From assembly GCF_006345805.1 (NCBI RefSeq), contig NC_043001.1:113150001-113214000 (forward strand): 64,000 nucleotides of DNA, read 5' to 3'. Origin of the DNA: Octopus sinensis (taxonomy: Eukaryota). Shown piece by piece: positions 25,259 to 38,556 of the stretch. Positions within the stretch are counted from its first letter, which is position 1. Every line of letters begins with the position of its first letter. Below the pieces are notes generated by a model that saw only the letters and a program-made list of their open reading frames with translations, was not told the origin of the DNA and searched no databases. The position numbers and the translations under genes are program-made.

Positions 25259-26205
25259 CTGCAACTGCAAAAACAATAATCATCCTTACTAAATGCACAA
25301 GGCCAGAAATTTTGGGGGAGGCTAAAAGTCGATTACATCGACTCCAGTGTTTTACTGGTATTTAATTTATCGACCCCCGAAAGGATGAAAGGCAAAGTCA
25401 ACCTTGGCGGCCCAAATTTTGGCATAAGACCAGCTGTTTTCAAGGAAGTGGTTAGGTCGAGTACTCAACTGGCACTTATTTTATCGACTCCCGAAAGGAT
25501 TGAAAGGTAAGGTCGACCTCGGCGGAACTCAGAACGTAACGACGGACGAAACACTTATTTCTTTACTATCCACAAGGGGCTAAACACAGAGAGGACAAAC
25601 AAGGACAGACAAACGGATTAAGTCGATTATATCGACCTCAGTGCGTAACTGGTACTTATTTAATCGACCCCGAAAGGATGAAAGGCAAAGTCGACCTCGG
25701 TGGAATTTGAACTCAGAACGTAACGGCAGACGAAATACGACTACGCATTTTGTTTAGCATGCTAACGATTCTGCCAGCTCACCGCAAATGATGATTATTA
25801 TTTAGACGGTGAGCTGGCAGAATAATAATAGTTTCAAGTTCTAGCACAAGGCCAGCAATTTCGAGTGAGGGGGTACTTTTTACCACAATAGGCACAAAGC
25901 CTGAAATTTAGGGGAGGGTCCTAGTCGACCCCAGTGTTCACCTTTTACATTGACCCCTGTATTCAACTGGTATTTATTTTATCGATCCCGAGTGGATGAA
26001 CAGTAAAGTCGAGCTCGGTGGAATTTGAACGCAGAACGTACAAAATCGAAATACCATATTTATATAATCAAACAGTAATTCTCCGGCCCTTTTCTTTCAG
26101 AGCTCAAATTTCGCCTTGGTTCACTTCGCCTATCATCCTTTCGGAGGGGTGGGGGTCGATAAAATAAGTACCAGTTGTGTACTGAGACTGATGCAATCGA
26201 CTTCC
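24713..26205 (-). mobile_element. Cluster of ~8 family B SINE copies/fragments, mostly minus strand
   Basis: Repeated ATCGACCCCGAAAGGATGAAAGGCAAAGTCGACCTCGGCGGAATTTGAACTC variants; intact copy 25553-25785; plus-strand piece 26095-26205. Confidence 0.88.
25126..25281 (+). repeat. Compound (AAG)n(AAC)n microsatellite
   Basis: Direct reading; source of the poly-K/poly-N ORF. Confidence 0.95.
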
Positions 26206-26426
26206 ACACGTCACGAATTTGTGTCGTAGCATGATTTAAGAAGTTCCGCATGCGTAGAATAATACGTAGAATTATGTTTAAGTGCCCTCTACCATGGGAT
26301 CAAGCTTTGAGCGTGAATTGTGTCGAGAGAAACTGAGTAAAAGAATATTAGAACTGAATGATCAGTAATTCAAACAACCGAAACAGTCACAGACGCCCAG
26401 TCTACCTGAATACTTTATCAAAGATA

Positions 26427-26715
26427 CAGTCGTGGCCCAAAGTGTGAAACATGGGCCTGAAAATAAAACTTTTTATGTAAAATACCGAAAGTTATATTTA
26501 ATTTGCGATATATTATTACTTGGCCAAAAGTTTGGAACATTGGTCTGAAAATTAGAATTTGTATATTAAATGTCCAAAGTTATATTTAATTCCCAATATA
26601 CTATTGCCTGGCCAAAAGTTTGGAACATAGGTCTGAAAGTTTTTCTTTTAGATATTGAATCATTGGGCATAATTTCAATTTTTAAAAAATTATTCCAAAC
26701 GTTTAGCCACGACTG
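26427..26715. mobile_element. Tc1-like MITE with internal direct repeats (IR/DR type)
   Basis: TA-CAGTCGTGGCCCAAAGTGTGAAAC ... TTCCAAACGTTTAGCCACGACTG-TA; motif GGCCAAAAGTTTGGAACAT.GGTCTGAAA repeated at ~26522 and ~26610. Confidence 0.8.
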
Positions 26716-27041
26716 TACACGTGTCTGTGCTATACTCGTCCAAAATTTAATGAATGGATCTTTCAGTTGACAATTTGCCATAATAGAATTAACCCGTCAC
26801 CAAGTTCAACATCCAAACATGTCTTATGAAAGTAAAGTCCACCCTGTTCATACCAACACTCTGGTTTGGTCAATGACTGGACACTCACATACACACACGC
26901 ACATACATGCATACATATACGCTTGTAAACTTATACATGTAAACACACACACACACACAGAGGCATATACTCAAACATGTTGGCATACAAGGTTCATAAT
27001 TTATACATTATAACAGACCTCCTTTGACACAGACATATATA

Positions 27042-27246
27042 CGAGGGGATGCTGAAAAGTTTTAAGGATGTCGCGAAAAGCCTGGTTGGAGGCTCAACCT
27101 TCCAAGTTCTGGGGCTTAGAAAAATTGAAGGACCGCTGCAATAAGTGTGTGAATCTGAGAGGAGAATATGTTGAATAAAACCATAATTAACTAATCCTCC
27201 TATATTTTCTTTTACACAAAGCCAAGAAATTTTCGGCACGCCTTCG
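27042..27246 (+). mobile_element. Mariner (irritans-like) internal-deletion derivative
   Basis: TA-CGAGGGGATGCTGAAAAGTT ... AAATTTTCGGCACGCCTTCG-TA; residual C-terminus GLEKLKDRCNKCVNLRGEYVE* (27113-27178). Confidence 0.82.
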
Positions 27247-27629
27247 TACATCTATACGCATAAACTGACATGTTTGTATATATGCATAAATACATACACA
27301 AATATATATATATGTGTGTGTGTGTGTGTTTCAATAGTGAGCGTTTGTATGTACTTTTCCATTTGCACACACACACGTGTGTGTGAAAGCTATACATATT
27401 TAGAAAAGCAATATTGAGGAAAAGCAGACAAACACTTGGCCGAGTAATATCCGATGGAATCTCCTAGCCTAAATATTTACATTATATCTAATAACACCTC
27501 ATTGTGAAAGTTATTGTGTTATGCTTATAAAGATATCATGCAGGAGTTTTATTGCGATATAGCCATGCATTTATCCACTGATACGTGCATTTGTACACAT
27601 AATCATACAGATATCTTTATGTATGTATG

Positions 27630-27661
<32 letters not shown>

Positions 27662-27689
27662 TGTATGTATAAACATACTCATATATAAG

Positions 27690-27731
<42 letters not shown>

Positions 27732-27849
27732 TACATATATATATATATATATCTATATATACATACATACAGAGAGAAAGAGAGAGAGAGAGAGACATAC
27801 ATATGCATACATGTATATATATATATGTATAATAGGAATATACAACTTG

Positions 27850-27888
<39 letters not shown>

Positions 27889-27969
27889 CACACACACATA
27901 TTTAATGTATGAATATGCAGAATGTAATATATATATTTATATATATATATATACATATATACTCACGTG

Positions 27970-28011
<42 letters not shown>

Positions 28012-28719
28012 GATAGATAGAGAGAGAGAGAGAGAGTGAAAGTAACGAAGAAAATAATATGAAAATAACACGCGCACGTTCACATACGTGTATAGGCCAA
28101 CACAAATGTACACATTACTGGCTACTATTATAACGTGTTTCAAACTTGAAAATCGTAATGATATTGTATAACTGTATGTTTATGAAGGAATATTTTGAAC
28201 GCCGTGATGATATTTGTCTTGTCAGAAATATATAACAATAAAATATATGTCAATACTATAGAGAAGAACGGACACTGTTGCTGTAAGACTTTTGGGAACA
28301 ATAACTATCTGGGAACAATCTTGATTTGTGTGTGTGTGTCTGTGTTTTTCTAAGTATGTTTGTCGATATATCTGTGCCTGAATGTATCTGTGTATGAATG
28401 TATTCTACATTTAAATGTGTTGTATTCTTTATTACATGACTGATCTTTGTCTTTGGGGCAAGGGTATTTTTTTTTATGTTTGCACGAATGTATTTTTTCT
28501 GGTCGTTTATGTGTGCATGTATCTACAAACCTGTCGAGTCACTCCTTTTTTTTTGTTTTTGTTACCTGAAATTATGCTCTACTAGAAATCTTCACAAAAT
28601 TGCTCGTAAGTAGTTTTCAAGGGCCTCGGACGGTCATGTTTTTTAATGGTGATATATCTTAACGTTTGTGTTTATTTGTTACAATCTCTGGAAAGTTTCA
28701 CTTGTACACTTACTTGGGC

Positions 28720-29340
28720 TATTCTTTCAAAACATGAGCCCGTCATCTCTATACAGTCACACGCTAAAATCATAAAATGAGCTTTCCTTTGCGTTGAACA
28801 TATTCTGACTTCCTCAAAGCTATCCACGGTGACGCTCTTAAGAAACAATGAATTTTAGCTTTCAATAAATTTTACCGAAAAGTGGCAGTAAGATTCTTGA
28901 ATGACATGTTAAAAACAAAATTCAAAATGAGCTAATCAGAAACCCCAAACTATCGCATTTTACAATCACATTCAATAGAAACACTGATTAAGCGTTATCA
29001 AACATGCGCCAATAAGCATCAGCAAGAATATAAGTGAATTATCCTTCGATAATTCACTTTGAACACGGTTCAGAGTACTACAATGAAGTACTATTACCTA
29101 ACTACTACCAAGAAATAATAAAATACTCTCTAACACAATCACAACATCTCTGCAACACTTACCGAATAAAAACCATATGGTATAACCCACTGTGCAACAC
29201 TGATGTAAAAACCAGTGTTGCAAAACAATTTATTAGCGCTATAACATCAAGACGTTCAAGAAAAACAAGGTTAAAATGAGTCGAAGATGTATGCATGAAA
29301 ATTATGTCTAAAGTCATGAAGAACCACGATGCAATAATAC
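28720..29340 (+). pseudogene. Penelope-like element relic (RT thumb to linker)
   Basis: FEHGSEYYNEVL...TIWYNPLCNTDVKTSVAKQFISAI resembles the PLE motif IIWFNPPYSKNVKTNIAK.FL; heavily decayed. Confidence 0.55.
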
Positions 29341-30905
29341 TGCAACAAAGCAGAGATCGATGAGGACCGACATACAATTACCGAAACATAGTTTTACGTC
29401 ATATTGAACATGTTTGAGTATATTCGAACAGGATTAAACCTTTCGCCTCGGAGATAGTTCCGGGAGAAAATTCTCCACCCTGACATGCGTGAAAGCATAT
29501 ATTTTGGAGGTTGTGAATGAAGTCATTGGATTGTGGAGCGCATGCGTTTCTGTGCCGTCCTGCTAAATCAGCTTCAAATATCAAATTTGTCATTCACAGC
29601 CCGAATAAAAATCGAAATGATTCTTATTAAAATAGCAAACAGAATATTTACTGATATATGTAAAACTTGGTCAAGCTAGAATTAAATAAATAATGTCGCT
29701 TAAAGCAGGATTGAATAAAATAGTATTCGTGTAAAGTAATAGTCAACACGTTCGAGTATATTCGGACTTGATAAGACCTTTCACTGGATCGTTGGACGCT
29801 TGCGTGTCTGCGCGTTACCAATTCATCAACTACGAAGACCAACTCTGCATTAGCTTTAAACATAAATACCTAAAGGAAAGCCTTGTACACCGAGTTAACG
29901 TTTCTGCTAATAATATAAATTATAGCAACGCCATTATTTGACTGCTATTTATTTCAGAGGCCCGAGAGGATCTCAGAAGGTTTGACTCCAAACCGTAATA
30001 TTGTTCTAAACAGAAACAATCTTACTCTTTCGACTTATGGTATGGGAGGCATTTATTTAAATGTCACTCCTTTATAGTCAAGGATGTTGCTATATAAAGA
30101 CATACTGGCACGGGACAGTGAAATGCTTCTGTAGTGATATGGACGTACTGAGAGATAGACGAGAGTATAAAAACTGACGATGCATAACAAATAGAAAAAA
30201 TATGGTGAGAAAATTGTTACTGATGCCTATAAGTAAGCTTGTTAATATCATTTTTCATGTCTTTCTCTATGTTTTTTTTTTGTTTCGGAATAAGTATTGC
30301 GTCTACAATCTAGCAATATTAAAACTATAAAAGCAAGCAAAAAAGAATTGGGTTTCTCGACATATAAATCATCTCTTCCACCAAGAAAAAAAACCGAAAA
30401 AAAAAAAAAAAACCAAGAGAATACAAACACTACAATTTTTACTTGATCATTACACAAAAATCAATTTTGAATGTTATATAATCTTTGGCTAACATGATCC
30501 CCAATATAAACGGACCCATCACACTCCGAAAATGAGTCGGTTACTAAAAGTTGAGCTTATAATGGCTCTTTAGACATCTTACATGTATTTGTATTTCGAA
30601 GAACCACTACACACGCTAAATGAATTGTGAATCCCGAAGATTATGTTGATTCTTCAAGTACAGAAACACTTTGACGCTGAACGCTTGTTAACAGTTTAAA
30701 AAGTTCAAGTGAAACCCACAATAGAGTGTTGCTCATAGAGTACTTCTAACAGAGTACTGTTCATAGTATACTGAAAAACTCGTTACAACCCACCCATGAT
30801 ACAAGGAGTAGTTTGACCGCGCGTTCCCTCATGTTTTACTTCCTCTCATTTCGTACACTTCCCACACAATCCAAATCTCTTCCTACATAATTTACATGAT
30901 CACTT

Positions 30906-31159
30906 TTTTTTAGCGCCCTTTTAAAGCCTAGCCAGGCTCATGGGCCCGGTTTCCCGGTTTCTATGGCGTATGTGTTCCCCAGCTGGACGGGACGTCAGTC
31001 CATCGCAGCGTTACTCATTTTTGCCAGCTGAGTGGACTGGAGCAACGGGAAATGAAGTGTTTTGCTCAAAAACACAACGCGTCGCCCGGTCCAGGAATCG
31101 AAACCACAATCTTAAGATCATAATGCTGACACCCTAACCACTAAGCCACGCGCCTCCAC
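30906..31159 (-). mobile_element. SINE family D (MetaSINE-like centre), full length
   Basis: Head GTGGAGGCGCGTGGCTTAGTGGTTAGG...GGTTTCGATTCC; A-rich tail; perfect 12-bp TSD ACATGATCACTT at 30894-30905 and 31160-31171. Confidence 0.9.
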
Positions 31160-31912
31160 ACATGATCACTTACTGAGCTCTTTTTTCCTCTCAGTACCTT
31201 CAAAACTAACTCCCAGAGTCACTTCACTTCTTCTACTCATTCGTACTTTTGTGCCTTAATGATAACACCATTATTTGTCGCTTTCTGTATGAAGCAGGAC
31301 AAAATGTCCGATACGTGAGATTTCTTTTCTTCCTCACGACCTAAATATATTCGACTGTTTAAACTATGCAAATTTGGTCAATCATAAAAGATCTTGGGCG
31401 ACACATCCGCTCCTGCCTCCGATTAAAGACAGAAAAATCCACAAAAAATTCCATCGCACGCATCTCGCAAGTACAAACACACATAAACACATACATACAA
31501 TCACACACTCCCACGCATAAACACCTACCTACATACATATAATTGCATGCGTTTTTGAATATTTGAACATAACATAATCCATACATAGATAATTGCAAAC
31601 GTATATCCATACCCTCACCCCCACCCACACACACATACATACCTCGATCATACTCATTCAATTACAGATCATACGCAACCACACACACACACACATACAC
31701 ACAAGTGTACCATGTAAATGTTGAGAAAAATGTACAGTCGAGAATGGTGAAAGAGCGCTTCCTATCAGAATTTCCCATCAATAAGAGAGAAATTACTTTT
31801 GCTGGAAACATTCGGTCTGGCAAAAGAATATAAAAGATAAAAATAAAAAAAATAAAACAGCCGCCATTTACACATTAACATTCGTGGGGCCCAAAGACTT
31901 ACATTTATTTAA

Positions 31913-31913
<1 letters not shown>

Positions 31914-31977
<64 letters not shown>

Positions 31978-32003
31978 GTTGTTGTTGTTGCTGTTGTTGT
32001 TAT
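31914..32003 (+). repeat. Compound (ATT)n(GTT)n microsatellite
   Basis: Direct reading. Confidence 0.95.
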
Positions 32004-32103
32004 TTTCACCTCAGCTCAATTCTACCCCTCTACAAACCACCCCGAATCGCTACCGTCCTTCACATGTGAATACATGTACGTATGTAAGAATGTGTGAGGT
32101 TAA

Positions 32104-32446
32104 TTATGTATGTATGTATGTATGTATGTATGTATGTAGTATGTATGTATGTATGTATGTATGTATGTATGTGTGACGATATTTATGTATGTATGTATGC
32201 ATGTATGTATGTGTAAGGATATGTAAGTATGTGTGAGGATATGCACGTATGTATGTCTGTCTATGTATGTATGTATGCATGTATGAGGTTATGTATGTAT
32301 GTATGTGCGAGAATATGTATGTATGTATGTATGTATGTTTGTATGTATGTATGTTTGTATGTGTGAGGATATGTATGTATGTATGTATGTGTATGTATGT
32401 ATGTATGTATGTATGTTTGTATGTATGTATGTTTGTATGTGTGAGG

Positions 32447-32477
<31 letters not shown>

Positions 32478-32487
32478 TGTATGTATG

Positions 32488-32521
<34 letters not shown>

Positions 32522-32538
32522 TGTTTGTATGTATGTAT
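32104..32538 (+). repeat. (TATG)n array with higher-order unit (…TTTGTATGTGTGAGGATATG)
   Basis: Direct reading. Confidence 0.9.
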
Positions 32539-32967
32539 CCATTTGAACCGCTGCTGGCTTCCTGACTGGTCTTTTATTATTTTTTTTGATATTATTTCAT
32601 TTGATTTGATTTTGCCATTTCCTTTCCTTCTTTCTTTTTTTCTTTTTTTCTTTTTCTTTTTTTTTTTTTTTGGAAAACTGGCTGTTGGAATAACAGAGAA
32701 GGCAACATAATGTTTGGCGCTCATACTTGTTCTATTGCTTTGCTATTCAGATGCAATCGCCGTTGCTAACGTTCGCAAGAATTAACGTTTTACACGGAAC
32801 TCTGAAGGCATCAAGGCATGACTCCGTCAGGTATTATTCAATGCAAGTCTGCTACCGAAATCGTGCTGGAATACCTAAGTGGGAAAAGAAAGCTTCTTGG
32901 AATGAATGATGTAAGAGAACGAAACATAGATACAAGGTGAGCGATAACGATGCTGATAGACAGAAAG

Positions 32968-32998
<31 letters not shown>

Positions 32999-33021
32999 CA
33001 TACATATATATAATATATATA

Positions 33022-33059
33022 TAGGTAGATAGACAGAGCGTAAAGAGAAAGAAAGTTAG

Positions 33060-33110
<51 letters not shown>

Positions 33111-33188
33111 GTAATATATATATATATATATATTATATATATACAGGTAGATAGACAGAGCGGTAAAAAGAAATTAGATATATATATG

Positions 33189-33251
<63 letters not shown>

Positions 33252-33368
33252 TAGATAGACAGAGCGGTAAAGAGAAAGAAAGTTAGATATAATGTGTGTA
33301 TATATATACATATATCTATCTATCTATATATTATAGGTAGATAGACAGAGCGGTAGAGAGAAAGAAAG

Positions 33369-33433
<65 letters not shown>

Positions 33434-33512
33434 ATATATATTATATATATATATATAATATATATATATATATATAGTATATAGACAGAGCGGTAGAGAG
33501 AAAGAAAGTTAG
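33022..33512 (+). repeat. Minisatellite: ~38-bp unit x5 separated by variable (TA)n
   Basis: TAGATAGACAGAGCGGTA(A/G)AGAGAAAGAAAGTTAGATA near 33022, 33144, 33250, 33333 and 33476. Confidence 0.9.
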
Positions 33513-34184
33513 CGAGAAGGAGGGGTTAAGAAGCGGATGAGGAGGTGGGGTGGGTCTACATGTAGACAGTGTGTGGGAAGCTGTAGGGGAGAAGGTGGGG
33601 AAAAAATCAATGAATTGGTAAATGTAAGAGTGAAATTTGAGGTTTGTATGTGTATGGGAAGGGGGGGGAGAGTAACTAGGGTATGGTGAAAATTTTGGGT
33701 GAGTAGTTATACAGTAAAGTATAGGTATGTAGTTTGAGAGAAATTGACATACATATGTAATACACACACACACAAGTGTATATACCTACATACATGCAAG
33801 CACATTGACATTCATACACATACATACATACACTCACACATACAATAAGCATGCTATTTTGTGAACCAAGAGAATTGAAATAAATATAAATATTAAGAAG
33901 TAAGGATGTAAACTCATTCCTTCTATGCTTTCTATGTGTGAAACTATGAGATAAGACTCCCATAACGGACCGTTTTAGAGTTTGTTGACCGTTTCCATTA
34001 ACAGCATAGCTATTCAGCTACTGAATAAGGCAGTTATAAATTAAGCTGTCACCATAGTGGATAGCTGAATTTTCATGATTATATTTTTGATAGCACGTCG
34101 TTAATTAAACAATATCGATATATATATTTTATGCATAACATTATATAAATCTGACTTTTACTTATATACACACACACGCATTTA

Positions 34185-34357
<173 letters not shown>

Positions 34358-34685
34358 TAAAGGAGCACTCCGCTGGTTACGACGATGAGGGTCCCAGTTG
34401 ATACGATCAACGGAACAGCCTGCTCGTGAAATTAACGTGCAAGTGGCTGAGCACTCCACAAACACGTGTACCCTTAACGTAGTTCTCGAGGAGATTCAGC
34501 GTGACACAGAGAGTGACAAGGCTGACCCTTTGAAATACAGATACTACTCATTTTCGCCACCTGAGTTGACTGATCAACGCGAAATAAAGTGTCTTGCTCA
34601 AGGACGCAACGCGTCGCCGGGAATTGAACTCACGACCTTACAATCATGAACCGAATGCTGTAATCACTAAGCCACGTGCCTTCAC
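34358..34685 (-). mobile_element. Chimeric SINE: family D-type head plus family C-type 3' domain
   Basis: 34545-34685 resembles the family D head (…GCGTTGCGTCCTTGAGCAAGACACTTTATTTC…); 34358-34540 matches the family C tail. Confidence 0.8.
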
Positions 34686-34904
34686 GATATATATAATATA
34701 TGTGTGTGCGTGTGTATGTATAGATTGTAAACACAGTGTGACTGAATGGTCGAGATGTTTGATTTGCAGTCGGACGGTCTTGGGTTCAATCCCATTGTGC
34801 GGCACTTTGAGCAAACCCTCCAGTCAGTGAAACTGGGATGAGGGGAAACTGTATAGAAGCCCATCGAATGGGTTGTACTTGCAATTCAAAGGTGGCAGTC
34901 CTAC

Positions 34905-35004
34905 NNNNNNNNNNNNNNNNNNNNNNNNNNNNNNNNNNNNNNNNNNNNNNNNNNNNNNNNNNNNNNNNNNNNNNNNNNNNNNNNNNNNNNNNNNNNNNNN
35001 NNNN
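34905..35004. other. Assembly gap (100 N)
   Basis: Run of N. Confidence 1.
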
Positions 35005-35599
35005 AGAGAAAGGAGTGGATGTTTAGATGTAAGTATAAAATTCTTCTGTGTCTGGAAGAGGGTATAAGGACGTGTGTTTGCGTGTGTTAGAGTGGTGCAT
35101 GTGTCTGTAGAGATGTTTGCAAGCGTGCACCCTTTTTTGATGGTGAAGGCACTGGAATTTCTACGTGGTGGCTCAAACTGCTAGAAATATCAACTAAATA
35201 TTCCTCAAATTACACACTTCAAGAAATAATAGGGAAGAATGTACTGCACATAGACGTTTTAGACAACCATAAAACAGATGGTCATGACGGGAACCGCTGT
35301 AACCGTAGGTCTGTTCCTTAAAGCTGATTAGGGCTATCTTGCAACAGGAGAAGTCCATAAATCAATGTGGTATCTCGGTCTGTTAAAAATAGCAGCTAAA
35401 TCTTACTCAAGCTACTCCTTACCATCTTAAAACGAATGTCCTTGCTGTAATCTACTTTTGGAAACAATAAACAACGGGATAGTTGTTGGTTGGAAATCCT
35501 TTAATTATAGGTTTGCGCGATTTGGACTGTCTTAGGGCTAAACAAAAGTAATAACAGCTACAAGTGTGCCATTGTCACAGTTGACAGCCGGAAATAATG

Positions 35600-35770
35600 G
35601 TTTCAAATTTTGACACAAGGCTAGCAACTTTAAAGGGCGTGGGTATGTCGATTACGTCGAACTAGTGTCCAATTGGAATATATTTTATCAACTACATGAT
35701 GAAAGTCAAAGTCAACCTCGGCTGGATTTGAACTCAGAATGTTAAGAGCCGCTCTGCAAGCTCTGCGCCT
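35600..35770 (-). mobile_element. Degenerate family B SINE
   Basis: GATGAAAGTCAAAGTCAACCTCGGCTGGATTTGAACTCAGAA. Confidence 0.65.
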
Positions 35771-35967
35771 TATCGTCTGAAATAATTGAAGTTCAATAAT
35801 GGCCGAACACTTGTTAATAGAAGTCTTTGATCACGTGATGTCAGTGTATTGACTATTCATAACATGAATACGTGGGATAAAAAAAATGACAGTAGTAAGA
35901 TATACGTAGAAAAAAATTATTTTGAGTAATTCACATTAATTTCATATATATATATATAATATATATA

Positions 35968-36008
<41 letters not shown>

Positions 36009-36069
36009 TAATATATATATTTGTATATGTATATATATATGAAGGGGTTTTTTCCTTGTGTGGTTTGTC

Positions 36070-36264
36070 CTGTACTCTGTTTTTTTCGTTGTAAAAAAAT
36101 GTCCGTTCCATGCTTGTTTTTACGTTTTCGTTTCTCTCGTTGAGTTCTACGTCTATTTGTGGTGTCCTGTACTCACGTGTATATATTTATATATGCATGT
36201 ATATATACATGTAGATGTAGGTACGTACATATATGTATGTATGCATATATTTTATTCATTACAC

Positions 36265-36270
<6 letters not shown>
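36070..36270 (+). repeat. Dispersed repeat family G, third copy
   Basis: CGTTGAGTTCTACGTCTA.TTGTGGTGTCCTGTACTCACG...; reverse complement of 484-660. Confidence 0.85.
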
Positions 36271-36295
<25 letters not shown>

Positions 36296-36370
36296 TATAT
36301 ATATACATGAGTACTGAATATTGAAAAAAAAATGGCGCTACTTCTTTTCATCACGTTATATTAAAATACA

Positions 36371-36758
36371 CTTTTTACTTGTTTCAGTCCTTTGACTGTG
36401 GCCATGCTGGAGCAACGCCTTTAGTCGAAGAAATCGACCCCAGGACTTATTCTTTGTAAGCCTAGTACTTACTCTATCGGTCTCTTTTGCCGAACCGCTG
36501 ATTTACGGGGACGTAAACACACCAGCATCGGTTGTTAAGTGATGTTGGGGTACAAACACAGACACACAAACATATACACACATATGCATATATTTACGAC
36601 GGGCTTCTTTCAGTTTCCGTCTACCAAATCCACTCACAAGGCTTCGGTCGGCCCGAGGCTATAGTAGAAGATACTTGCCCAAGGTGCCACACAGTGGGAC
36701 TGAACCCAGAACCATGTGGTTGGTAAGCAAGCTACTTACCACACAGCCACTTCTGCGT
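36371..36758 (-). mobile_element. SINE family A, full length
   Basis: Reverse complement of the family A layout. Confidence 0.92.
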
Positions 36759-36964
36759 TTTAAAAAAATTTTCAATTACAGTATTTTATTATCATTTCTC
36801 ATATACATATTTCTCGTATCTATAATGATATATAGGTAAAATGCTAATAAAATACCCATATATAAATAATTATTTAGAGAAAGCTATTTTATTGAGATGC
36901 TAATGTCTGAATTTAATATTTTTTAAATAGATTTTCTAATATCGAAGATTTTAAAAAATTTTAT

Positions 36965-37215
36965 CTTTTACTTGTTTCACTCATTAGACTGCGGTCATGC
37001 TGGGGCACCGTCTGGAAGAATTCTACACGAACGAATCGACCCTAGTACGTATCATTTCTCTGTTTCTAAGGCTGGTACCTATTCTATCGTTCTCTTTTGC
37101 CAAATGTTAATAGTACGGTTATATGTGGAGTGCTCATCCACTTGCACATTAATTTCACGAGTCAGCTGCTCCGTTGATCGGATCAACCCTCGTAGTCGCA
37201 GCTGACGGAACGACA
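36965..37215. mobile_element. Family A 3' fragment (-) abutting a family C tail fragment (+)
   Basis: GACTGCGGTCATGCTGG...; GTGGAGTGCTCATCCACTTGCACATTAATTTCACGAG... Confidence 0.65.
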
Positions 37216-38076
37216 GTCGGAAGGAATCGAACTCATGTCCTTTTTTTTGATACCTCAGCGTAATTACTGCAGTTAGCGACTGTGATAATACCAAGTGAGT
37301 TAAAACAAGGGGTCACATTACCATAATCTATTTGAGAAACATCAACCCTTGCATTTATTTTTAAACATGTGAATGTCTATGTGTATGTACACACAATCAC
37401 AAACTCTCACACACGGAAATACAGTAAGCCTGTAATCGCCTTTAAATTATAGGTATTATAAGGGCGTTACTTCCGTTACGAGAGAAAGGTTAGCTATTGA
37501 AGCTTCTGTAGCATAACCATGCAGAAGCAAACCAAATTATACAAATTACTTTTGTCAATAAACATGCACAGGATTGAAAATGGTTCCACGCTTATAAGTA
37601 GACATTTAACCATTTCCCCATGAAAGCTGCTATCTTCCAGAGGCTGTCAACATTCAGTCATAGAATAGATGCTACCCAAAATGTTTCATGGGTCTTACAG
37701 CGTAGCAGAATATTTCCACTGTGACGTTAGCAAATGAGATGTAAGTTTTATACCCACGTTTAAAGCGAGAGAAACGAAATAGTAAGTGAATGTCTGACTG
37801 GCAGTCGAGAGTATCGTCTGGTCTTTCCGGGGGACAAATTCAGTGCGAGCTTTCTTAGTGAGTAGCTCAAATAGGAAGTTGTAACGTTAAGGATGGGCAA
37901 TCTCACTGAAAAACAGTGTCTGGGAGCTAACCGACAGACGATGATTCGTAATAAGTTCAGCAGACATTGTCGTCTGCTGGATTTATCAGAAATGGAAGGA
38001 ACGCGACAATTCAGCCCTTTATTAATTTTTCTAATGTCCACTTCCTGTTGGATAGAACCTGCCGACGTCTCTCTCT

Positions 38077-38353
38077 CTCTTTTACTCTTTTACTTGTTTC
38101 AGTCATTTGACTGCGGCCATGCTGGAGCACCGCCTTTTTTAGCCGAGCAAATCGACCCCGGGACTTATTCTTTGTAATCCCAGTACTTATTCTATCGGTC
38201 TCTTTTGCCGAACCGCTAAGTGACGGGGACGTAAAACACCAGCATCGGTTGTCAGGCAATGCTAGGGGGACAAACACAGACACACAAACACACACGCACA
38301 CACACCACACACACACACACCACACACACACACAACACACACACACATAATAT

Positions 38354-38387
<34 letters not shown>

Positions 38388-38556
38388 ATACACATATATG
38401 CGATAGACTTCTTTCAGTTTCCGTCTACCAAATCCACTCACAAGGCATTGGTCGGCCCGGGGCTATAGCAGAAGACACTTGCCCAAGATGCCACGCAGTG
38501 GGACTGAACCCGGAACCATGTGGCTGGTTAGCAAGCTACTTACCACTCTTGCGCCT
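38077..38556 (-). mobile_element. SINE family A, full length, expanded internal microsatellite
   Basis: Reverse family A with (CA)n(TA)n centre. Confidence 0.92.

Noticed and set aside
25095-25298. Poly-Lys/poly-Asn and poly-Leu/Val ORFs
   Set aside because: (AAG)n(AAC)n microsatellite.
29399-29863. Minus-strand ORFs of 64 and 71 aa
   Set aside because: No family resemblance; length expected by chance; adjacent to a PLE relic.
33022-33512. CRISPR array
   Set aside because: Spacers are (TA)n, no cas genes, eukaryotic context.
34838-35067. ORFs spanning X residues
   Set aside because: Artefacts of the 100-N assembly gap.
37760-38177. Overlapping 93/94-aa ORFs
   Set aside because: No motif recognised; one runs into a SINE.
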